A stretch of DNA of 64,000 nucleotides. It comes from Macrostomum lignano (lineage: Eukaryota). Each line of letters starts with the position of its first letter. The stretch's first letter is position 1. This document shows, in pieces, positions 12,401 to 22,524 of this stretch. The translations under genes were made by a program, and so were the position numbers. The DNA is taken from assembly GCA_002269645.1 (NCBI GenBank), contig NIVC01003292.1, positions 1 through 64,000 of the forward strand, given 5' to 3'. A model generated the notes under the pieces. The model saw only the letters and a list, made by a program, of their open reading frames with translations, ran no database searches and was not told where the DNA came from.

Positions 12401-15216
12401 TACGCATTTGTTTCCCGATCGATATTCAGATTGATATTCGAAAACTAACAAAATCTCTGCTCTGCAAAAATATTTTAGAACGCCGTTTGACAGAAAAAAA
12501 AGTGCAACTAAGAACATTGCAAAAATAAAGTTTCAGCTCGATCCGTTACTCTGGCTCGAAATGGCACCGATTTTCGATGTGCTCCCATTTAAAATACATG
12601 TGATTTTATAAGGCAGATTGATATTCGAGTTCGCTCACTTTGGCTTGACCATTCAACATGAAATTTTACACACTAAAAAGTGCAACTAAGAAACCGATAA
12701 ATATACAGTTTCAGCTCGATCCGTCACTCTGGCTCGAAATGGCACCGATTTTCGATGTGCTCCCATTTAAAATACATGTGATTTTATAAGGCAGATTGAT
12801 ATTCGAGTTCGCTCACTTTGGCTTGACCATTCAACATGAAATTTTACACACTAAAAAGTGCAACTAAGAAACCGATAAATATACAGTTTCAGCTCGATCC
12901 GTCACTCTGGCTCGAAATGGCACCGATTTTCGATGTGCTCCCATTTAAAATACATGTGATTTTATAAGGCAGATATCGATATTCGAGTTCGCTCACTTTG
13001 GCTTGACCATTCAACATGAAATTTTACACACTAAAAAGTGCAACTAAGAAACCGATAAATATACAGTTTCAGCTCGATCCGTCACTCTGGCTCGAAATGG
13101 CACCGATTTTCGATGTGCTCCCATTTAAAATACTAGCTACGGTGTGTTCGTCTGTCTGTATGCCACGGCTGTTGCAACTGGATCACCGCTACACTTCAGA
13201 AACGACACAGGATCCCTAAAAAAGTATAGGTGTCACATCTGGCAGGTTTTCCAGAATTACAGTCAAGGAGGAAGCCAGGCGACCTGCAGCACGTGCAACA
13301 GGATGGTACCTAGCCTGATGCTTGTGCTAGAAATCGGACGATTGACTGGGTCGGTAGCAGCTAGTACGCTTGCTATATTGACTACACTTTAAAGGCTTTA
13401 CGAGCGTACAATAGTTATGCTGCTCTCTTCGTTGAAGTTGTTCTTTCCGGAAATAGGCTAATCTACGAGTATTAACGATATATCGCCGATAAGTAGCTAG
13501 TACTAAAACCATTTCACTTGTAGGTAGCCAACAGTGGCAATAAAAGCTAAAAAGGAAGTATATATAAATTAACCATTACTGATATGCTAAATAAAATTAG
13601 GGCAATCCCACTTAACGCTGAAATTAAATTCCTTACGACAGATCGAATGCCCATCCTGCCTGGATTGGTACCACGACAAATGCGTGGCCAGTGGCCCGAC
13701 CGACACCTTTATCTGTTCGAGCTGCCAAAACCTTTTTTCGATCTGAACGAACGAAGCAACTGCAAATTACGTAGTGAATTTAAGCAGTGCTTTTTTAATT
13801 TTACGAGTACATCTAGACTGTTTCTTAAAGCATACTAGGTAATCGTATATTAGGAATTACGAATCGTGCATCTCATCGTTCCTGCAATCGCACAGTTTTT
13901 ATTGTTATAATTTTCCTTTACAAACTCTCATACTCCATCAGCCAGGTGCGGATCCAGGAATTTCTTGAGTGGGGCCTAATGCAATGCTAGATCACCGAGG
14001 GCCTTGGGGCCGGATTGGAAGGGCCGGATCTGGCCCTGGGGCCGAGGGCTGTTGACCCCCTGCTACAGTATAAGTCTTAAATTAAAAGTAAGTTAATCCT
14101 CATATAGCTTCTGAACATTGCAAGGCGAGGCAATAAATAGAATGTACTGCTTGCTTAGTATTGCTTAGGAAAGGCCATTTTTCGGGAAGCAGAGTATTAA
14201 TTGCAACCCCTAATTAGATCCGCAACCTGCCTTCTGTAAGCTAAATACGAGAGCTATACGCTCGTAGAATTTAGCGTTCCTCGTTGTCTATACTTTTCTG
14301 AATGCACCAACATCCGAACAATTAATTTAACAATAAACGAGTCCCAAACAACGTTGTTGCCTTCGTGTGTAAAATTTATGAGAAAGAAATAACGTTTCCT
14401 ATCAAAATAGAACAAAATTTCATGTTGAATGGTCAAGCCAAAGTGAGCGAACTCGAATATCGATCTGCCTTATAAAATCACATGTATTTTAAATGGGAGC
14501 ACATCGAAAATCGGTGCCATTTCGAGCCAGAGTGACGGATCGAGCTGAAACTGTATATTTATCGGTTTCTTAGTTGCACTTTTTAGTGTGTAAAATTTCA
14601 TGTTGAATGGTCAAGCCAAAGTGAGCGAACTCGAATATCGATATCTGCCTTATAAAATCACATGTATTTTAAATGGGAGCACATCGAAAATCGGTGCCAT
14701 TTCGAGCCAGAGTGACGGATCGAGCTGAAACTGTATATTTATCGGTTTCTTAGTTGCACTTTTTAGTGTGTAAAATTTCATGTTGAATGGTCAAGCCAAA
14801 GTGAGCGAACTCGAATATCAATCTGCCTTATAAAATCACATGTATTTTAAATGGGAGCACATCGAAAATCGGTGCCATTTCGAGCCAGAGTGACGGATCG
14901 AGCTGAAACTGTATATTTATCGGTTTCTTAGTTGCACTTTTTAGTGTGTAAAATTTCATGTTGAATGGTCAAGCCAAAGTGAGCGAACTCGAATATCAAT
15001 CTGCCTTATAAAATCACATGTATTTTAAATGGGAGCACATCGAAAATCGGTGCCATTTCGAGCCAGAGTAACGGATCGAGCTGAAACTTTATTTTTGCAA
15101 TGTTCTTAGTTGCACTTTTTTTTCTGTCAAACGGCGTTCTAAAATATTTTTGCAGAGCAGAGATTTTGTTAGTTTTCGAATATCAATCTGAATATCGATC
15201 GGGAAACAAATGCGTG
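12401..15216. mobile_element. Foldback-type element: 730-800-bp inverted arms each made of about four 178-180-bp tandem units, 1.3-kb spacer, 8-10-bp TSD
   Basis: Left arm 12401-13133 is the near-perfect reverse complement of right arm 14414-15216. Flanking direct repeat CAGGATGA at 12393-12400 and 15217-15224, or GCAGGATGAT if the termini are trimmed by one base. Confidence 0.92.
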
Positions 15217-17133
15217 CAGGATGATGCCAGCACACGTGAGCTCGATTTGATGATTTAAAAAAATAGCACGCTTTTAAATTTTGTCAACTTGTAAAACAAA
15301 GTTTTAAATAGATTTCATTGATACACCGTCTAATTGTAGCTAATTGTTATAATCAGCATTATTTTAATGTATGCGGTAAAAATAAAATTATTTGTACTAA
15401 ACTATAAAATTTCGTGAACTGATTTGTTCCTACGTACCACGATGTACATGTATTTTTTTGAGATCAATATATTGGGATTACCAGAGAAGGGAATACGGCA
15501 AAGTCGCTCCATTGATTTGGCTACTCGCCTTGATCGACGTTTCAGTTCTGCTTAGCCCTCCTCAGCCAATCAATATTATTATTTATGGTCAAGGCTAAAG
15601 CGTGGACGCACGATGCGGTATTCAGGCCTCCGCGGAAACTGGATGTTTTGGCTCTTGTTCTGCAATTGCTACTTCCAGAAGTAATTGGCACTTCCTTCTT
15701 CAAACTTTTTTTCTAGTGTACATTTTCCATATTCTTTTCTCCCCTCTCTACTACCGCGCCGGTATCTTCCCTTCTTATCATTTTGTCTCTACAATTAATT
15801 TTCCTCTGCCTCTCAATATGCTTCTTTCTTATATTTTCCAGTGGGAATCTCAACAGCACTGCATATATACATTCGCACCAGCATTACTTTTTTGGGTCAT
15901 AGTCCTCTCTCATATATCATTATTATAAGTTATCAACGCTTTAGCGGCAATCTGGCATGGTACTTGCGAGTTTAGCGAGAACTAATATATATTTGATGGA
16001 AAATGTATGTGTTTTTTATACATACCTTAATGAGAAATGAGAGAGAAGGGTGCTCAAATGCGCGAGCTCAAATGAGCATTCAGCTACAGCAGTTTGGGTC
16101 CAAATTTCCGCGCGAAATTATAAACTGGTGGTGTGAAATCTAGATCTGCTCAATTGGAGCCCTAAAACCCTAAAACCCTAAAAAGCATACAAATCTGAAT
16201 ACGGCTACTATTGTGAAAACGCCGAGAACTAATTCCAATGCAGTCACCGATCTGTCACCGACCAATGCAGCTTCTAACATGTATGGCAGGCTCACTCACC
16301 ATGCAGTTATGTACATGTCAGCCAATTGTCTGGTGGATGCAGCGTGGAAGGCGGAATGGGACCGCCAGTCCCGCTAGACCTTCGCGACCAGACTTTCATG
16401 TACCGAAGTGATGTCGCTCAAGGGGGAGAGGGCCCGTCAGTCTCGCCTGCCTCATCGGGCGCGGTAGGGAAGAAGTCAGCTCATTCCGTGTCCTCTAGGT
16501 ACTACCAGGAGCGCGGTACATGTTCTTGGGTCGTGGGTCTGAGAGAAACCGCGGGTTTGGTCCCTGCAGCTAGCTACATGTGTATGCCAAGCAATTCAAG
16601 CACCACTGCCTCTCGCATATCCCGCGTCGCCTCTGTGGCAGAGCATATAAATAAGTAATGAACTGCCTGCGTAAGCGCTCAGCAGATGCATGTGCACGTA
16701 GATATACACAGCGAGATACTGTAATAATTAGCAGAAGGGTTTTGCGTTTTAGTGTTGGATCATATAAGCGTTAATTGGGAAACCTGCTTTATTCACCAAA
16801 AATATACATTTAGCTTGTTAAAGCAGGGGAGCTTTAAATGCGCGTGACAGTCAGTTAATTATATTTCGCCTCTTGCAGTCTTATACTGGCTGCAGCTGCC
16901 ACTGGAAGCGGCCGCGGAATCGGTCACAGGCTGACGGCAGCTGAGGCTGGGGGGAGGGGCTCTCATCTCCCAGCTCCCACCCCATCATCATGGATTGACT
17001 GCAGTCTGAGCTTCTAACAGCATAAATACCATTAAGCAGGAGGTCTATACCTGCTTCCCATCAGGTCTCCCATCTCCCCGCAAACCATCAAATTAGCATC
17101 CACAGCTAAAAGCTTAGAATCTTGTCACAGACT

Positions 17134-18863
17134 ATGAAATTCTCGGTCATTTTTGCGATTGTGCTTATTCGAGCGAGCGGTGAGTAGCTCTACACTCTAC
17201 TCAACATGCCTCGTCACTCATGTCATGCATTGCACGTTTAATCCTAAGTGCGTACATGCATACATCAATGTGAACTGCTGTTACAGCACTCTTACATGTT
17301 CTTTTGAATTGCAGTGACCAACGCAGCAGATGGCAAACGCTTCAATCGATTCGTCACCAGCGGCTCCGTTGAGCTGAGTGACTCTGTGAGCAGCTGGTTG
17401 TTCATCGAGACCGAAGTCGCTCGGGAAAGCCATTGCCTGCTGCTGTGCCAGCTCCGAGGCTGCGCTGTCGCCGAGCTGAACCAGACGGCCAGAGTCTGTC
17501 GGGCAGTCAGCCTCAGCAATGAGTCATCGGGGCAGCCCGCCGGCCTAAACGGAAGTCACGTGACGAGACAGCTCGGCTCGCCCGACGACAGCGCTGTGAA
17601 TTTTTGGAAAGCGGAAGAATTTGAACAATACCTGATGAGTTTGACGTCGGCTGGAGACTTGCTTAGAAGTGAGTCATGAGATGTGAAATTTCAAAAAAAG
17701 TTTGTAAAAATCGTTACACACAAAGCTTCATCAGTTACAATGGACACTGCATGACCCCTGCAGACAGCAGCTCCGGCCGAAACGGGTCGATCGAAACCTT
17801 CACGGCTCCCGCTAGCGGCTGCTTCCTGATCGAGGCTGCCGGAGCCAGAGGGGGCAACAACACTCTAATGAACACCACCGGAGGCCCGGGAGCCCAGGTG
17901 AGCGCCAGAGTCAACCTGACGGCCGGAACCCAGCTGAGCATCGTGGTGGGCCAGACGGGCGGCTCGACCTCCCTGGACTACGAAGGAGGCGGCGGAGGCG
18001 GCGGCAGCTTCGTGTACCGGACGGGCGACCGGCTGCTGCTGCTGGCTGCTGGTGGGGGCGGCGGAGCTTCCAGGAGTAAAAATGGAGAGATGACACGCTT
18101 GCAGCTAACGATAACAGCAAGTGCAATGGTACCTGCATTCGGTGGCGTCAATACGGCAATAGTTAGTACGCCACAACTGTAAATTCTTAGCAGATAGCCA
18201 GTATGTTTACTAAACACACTGAGTAGTAGGTATTGATTTCCGTTTGATGCCGTTTAGAGCCAATAATGGAAACCATCTTTTTTTAACAAAAAGCATCCGG
18301 TAAGCAACAAAAAGAGGCAACCGCATACTCTTGAGACATCTAAGCTTGCTTAAATTATTTTGGAACTCTGCGCAGGACGGCCGGGAGAGGTCGGCGTCAA
18401 CGCTTCCGACAGCATGGGATCTGGCTATTCCAATACGGGATTCGGTGGCAGCAACGGACAGCCGGGCTCCAACGATCCAAGCAGCACTTCCAGCTACACC
18501 AACCACGGCGGCTGCGGCGCCGGCTGGCTTGGCAGGGCCGTCAACCCGAGGCGCAGCTCCAATGATGGCGAGCGAGGCAGCGGTCTGGCCGAAGGCTTCG
18601 TCGGCGGCAGCGCCGGTGGTGGCAGCGCCTGCGACGGCGGCTTCGGCGGAGGCGGCGGAGGCGGCTGCAAGTGCGGCGGCAAATACGGAGCTCCGGGAGC
18701 TGGCGGCGGCTTCAGCGGCGGCGGAGCCGGGATCGGCTACGGGCACAGAGGCGGCGGCGGCGGCTCCTTCTGCCTGGGCGGCTGCGTCTCCGGAACCGTC
18801 TCGACTGTCGATCAGGGCTTCGCGTCTATTCAGTTGGAGTCCGTGTCCGGTAGCTGCGGCTGA
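17134..18863 (+). CDS. Secreted protein: signal peptide + PAN/apple-like domain + ALK/LTK-type glycine-rich domain, about 399 aa. Exons 17134-17179, 17315-17668, 17764-18075, 18376-18863
   Basis: MKFSVIFAIVLIRAS leader; HCLLLC..GC..C pattern; TFTAPASGCFLIEAAGARGG, LSIVVGQTGG, GGGGGGGSFV and LLAAGGGGGAS match the glycine-rich domain of ALK/LTK. All three introns are phase 1; the donor at 18076 (GTAAAA) is weak. Confidence 0.8.
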
Positions 18864-19088
18864 GAGGCGATATTTAGATTAACTCGAAGGAAAGTACTAA
18901 CAGAATAAATCAGTGAACGTAATTTTTTGTCCGTAAATCATCTGTCTGTCTATCTGACCGGTATATCAGTCTACAGCCTGAATGCCTGAACCGATTTTTT
19001 TTCAAACTTGCTTTTTTAAAATTAAACTAAATTTATTCATTTATTTGTAGATTGTGCCTCGACTAAATTAAAACATTTTTTATTATTC

Positions 19089-22000
19089 ATTCGGTTGAAG
19101 GGAACGTTCTCGCCAATTCTAGAAAAATATAGTGCAACGAAATTTTTGACAGTTCTAGAACCTTCCATTGCTGGATTATAAAGAAGGATAGGTGGGCATC
19201 ATGTCATAGTCATTGCCTTCTATTTTTTCAGAATAGCGCCTGAAAAATGGAAATTTCAAAACTCTATAGTCGTGAATGTTTGCTCTACGACTTTAAATCT
19301 GGACTTAATGCCCGGGACTGGTTCACTCGTTTCCGCAATGGAAACTTTGAACTCGAAGACCAGCCCCGATCAGGTCGACCATCGGGGTGGATGACGAGCA
19401 GCTGCGCCAGCTCGTAGAAGCCGATCCCCGCGAACCCAGTGATGAGGACGCACTTTTTTTCAAATTTCACGCTCGCACATGGGTTCCAAACTTGCTAGCC
19501 TACTAACAGCAGGCTATGGGCGTTTTTCTACTTTTTTTGTAATTTTTCTAGAATTCATGCTAGTAGGACTTCTGTAGCTATTAATCTGCCATACTTGTAG
19601 TTATAATAACATAGGCGCGGTTTTTTGCTGCTTTTGGGTCATAAATCATTGCGTCTGAGCTGGCCTGACAGCCACCTGCGCCTCACTCAATGCGGAGGCT
19701 GGCGCCAGGTGGTCTGAGAGGATGCGGGCGGTAGCTTTTTTCTCATCATTTTGACAGGCCATCAAAATTTATGAGGTCAGGGCCTATTGTTCGTGTTCAC
19801 TCAAGCGTGTGACAGCTTTGACAGCTATGCGTTTTACCCCTAAAAGTACTTTGGGATTAGTGATTAGCGATTTCTCTTCACCATCTTCACTTTCTACTTA
19901 ATAAGAGCTTTCTAATGTATATTTTTTCATTAGTTTTTGTCAATTCTACGCGAAAAGTCATAAATCATTTTTTTGCGATTTTGATTGATTCATGGCCGCA
20001 CCTTTCATATTTTTACGACCCCGAGGGAAGTGATAGGATCTCCTGGTCACGTGACTTTGGGTGGCAACAAGCGCAGCCAATCAGAAAATTCGACGCTCAT
20101 TTTAACAAATCGGCTTAGCCAATCAGAATCGACGTGTTCCATTATAACAAACTGCGGTCCAGTTGGCGGCTATTTAAACCGGTGTTTTTGGGCCGCTCGC
20201 AAAACACCCTTTCTGGTGACCGGCCAGGAACTTGCTCTCTCTCTGGCCTGACCGTCGTTTCTTGATCCCCGGATTGCAACTCCCCCCATCATCATCAAGG
20301 ACGAATTCCCCCGGTCATCAGTAGTGAACATCAAAGTCAAGAGCATCACCTCCTAGCTATCTACGAAGGTTGTGACATCAGCATCATCCCGGGTCTACAG
20401 CTGCAAAGCACTAAGCCGATTCGGTCACTGTGGATTACCTGGTCTCCGACTGTTGAGTTTCTGATTGGTTGGGTGAGAGGCTACCTAGACTTGCTTGATT
20501 GGGTGATTCCCTATCTGTCCCCTGTTTCAGTAGCTGGATTAGGCGCACACTTTTGCTTATTTTGTTCAGTAGTGCTGTTACTGAGGCAGAAATCATTCAA
20601 TAATACTGTTAGTAGTCTGAAGCTCCAATTTAATCTGAGTTGTGAAGTGATTTAAGAAGGTTAAATCTAACATTCATTTGTATCGGTTTTATTTCTTTGT
20701 CCGCCGATGGCTCGGATGAGTAGCTAAGCTAGTAGGCGCCGGTCGCAGTGGACCAATGGCAAGGCAGTTCTCAGTCGATCAATCTATCAAATCAGTGAGC
20801 AAAACTGCCAGAAGTGCAGAATCGGCGCCAGAGATGTACTTTGTGCACTCTAGGTTCGCCAAGCGGCTCGGGTAATGAATCATGAGGTCTCCGATGTTCG
20901 AGTTAGCCTATCATCAGCGCTAGAAGAGGCTAGTTGGCGCGTTGAAGGCCAAAAGTACAATTCCTCCTATTTAGCAATGTAATAGTACATGTAGCTACCC
21001 CATAGCCTCGCCACTGCAAGAATCCCCTGCACAAGTCCCCTCTGTACCTGCATGGCCAATGCGATCGAGTCCCAGCAGTGTCCCTTATCATCGGCTATGA
21101 CTTCGAGATTGACAGCAAAAAGACACTAGTTGGCAGGTAAGTGCTAAGCCCCCTCTAGTCGGAAGCCCGATTTCGAAAGTTCCGGTTGGGTGGGCCAGAA
21201 CGCACGGGCTGGTGGCAGCGGGTTAGTTAATCTGCGGATTGGCTGATCTCTACCTTCAAAATTCTCCCTGCTTGTCTCTCGCTGTCCCTCTCTTAGCTAT
21301 AGGACCTAGACTGCTCGCCACACGATCAAGCTACCATGGGGCTGACCATCTGACAGGAGTGGGGGCCAGGACTCTAATTGATTTATTTCTGAGGCCTGAG
21401 GCCCGAAGGCTTCCCCACAAGGGGGCCGAAAGGTCGAAACCCATCACTAGCATGAAATGGCAGATGTCCTCGGGTACACCAGACCATCATCACCGATCAC
21501 CTGCGCCAGCTGGGTAAGGTGTACAAGTTGGCATAATGGGTACCCCACGACCTTACCGAGTTCGACCGTCGGCGTTGCGCTGATGCTGCCATCCATAGTG
21601 ACGGGTGACGAAAAGTGTTGTTTATACACCAACGTGAAACGCCGTGCTTTGTGGGTGGACGAAAATGAAGTGCCAAAACCACAGCCGAAAGCACCACTGC
21701 ACCCTTGATGATTTGGCAGCAAAGATCAAAGAAAAGCGCCCGAATCATGGTCCGGTCCGTTTTCTTCACGACAATGCGCGGCCGCACACGGCAAAGGCTG
21801 CTTGATCTGGGCTGGGAGGTTTTACCCCACCCACCTTATTCACCGGACCTTGCACCATCTGATTACCACTTGTTCCTATCCCTGTCCAGCGCCATGGCCG
21901 AGAAATCGTTTGATGAAGAGCATGAACTCAACGTCTGGCTGGACAACTTCTTCGCCTCAAAACCAGCTAAGTTCTATAAGGACGGCATCATGAGTCTGCC

Positions 22001-22127
22001 CAAACGACGGCAGAAAGGCCTCGAATATGATGGCGATTACTTCACTTTGTGAAGTTGCTTCAGTTCTATAAAAACTCAGTACGATTTAAGTTCTTAAAAT
22101 CGGCAAGAAATTTACCCTTCAAACGAA
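19089..22127 (+). mobile_element. Decayed mariner transposon interrupted by a ~2-kb insertion
   Basis: Imperfect TIRs (attcggttgaaggg at 19089; cccttcaaacgaat ending about 22128). N-terminus MEISKL..LYDFKSG..WFTRFRNGNFELEDQPRSGRP..LVEADPR at 19247-19430; continuation EMADVLG..WVPHDL..TGDEK..HPPYSPDLAPSDYHLF at 21453-22052 with stops, frameshifts and deletions. Confidence 0.9.
19437..21449. mobile_element. Unclassified non-coding insertion inside the mariner, possibly composite
   Basis: Separates two contiguous transposase segments; ends CAGTGATG...CATCACTA form a short inverted repeat; internal CCAAT/TATA-like region at about 20075-20180; no long ORF and no clear TSD. Confidence 0.55.
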
Positions 22128-22310
22128 TAGCAAGGCACAATTTATGAACTATTTCGGCTAATCGCCGCAAGTCGTTAAGTAAAATCCTATTCGTAAAAAA
22201 CTGACTTTAGTATTACTGATCGCACCAATGGGTATTGCTCTATGAAAGTATGAAATTGCTGCTAAACTGCTGGAGGCATTGCTAAATGCTGTGCTGTGCG
22301 AAGTTGCTGC

Positions 22311-22520
22311 TTCGTCGGCTTCGTCGAAGGCTTCGGCGGAGGCGGCGGAGGCGGCTGTAAATTCGGCAGCAAAAATGGAGCTCCAGGCGTAGGGGTCGGC
22401 TACGGGCACATCGGCGGCGGCGGCGGCGGCGGCTCCTTCTGCTTGGGCGGCTGCGTCTCAAGAACCGTCTCGACTGTCGACCAGGGCTTCGCGTCCATCC
22501 GGCTGGAGTCGGTGTCTTGA
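22311..22520 (+). pseudogene. Partial duplicate of the 3' end of the glycine-rich gene
   Basis: GFGGGGGGGCK.G.K.GAPG..GYGH.GGGGG.SFCLGGCVS.TVSTVDQGFASI.LESVS aligns to 18590-18850 with two internal deletions. Confidence 0.9.
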
Positions 22521-22524
22521 TTTC

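Noticed and set aside
16160-16183. Telomere-like (CCCTAAAA)x3
   Set aside because: Only three units and not the TTAGGG expected for flatworms; compatible with chance slippage.
18210-18882. Ala-rich alternative-frame and antisense ORFs over the glycine-rich gene; PE-PGRS-like label
   Set aside because: Shadow frames of GGC-rich codons; the motifs fit the ALK/LTK-type domain and no PE domain is present.
21385-21445. Hammerhead ribozyme (GGCCGAAAGGTCGAAAC resembles stem II + GAAA)
   Set aside because: The required CUGANGA is missing directly upstream, and no stem I/III with a UH site could be built.
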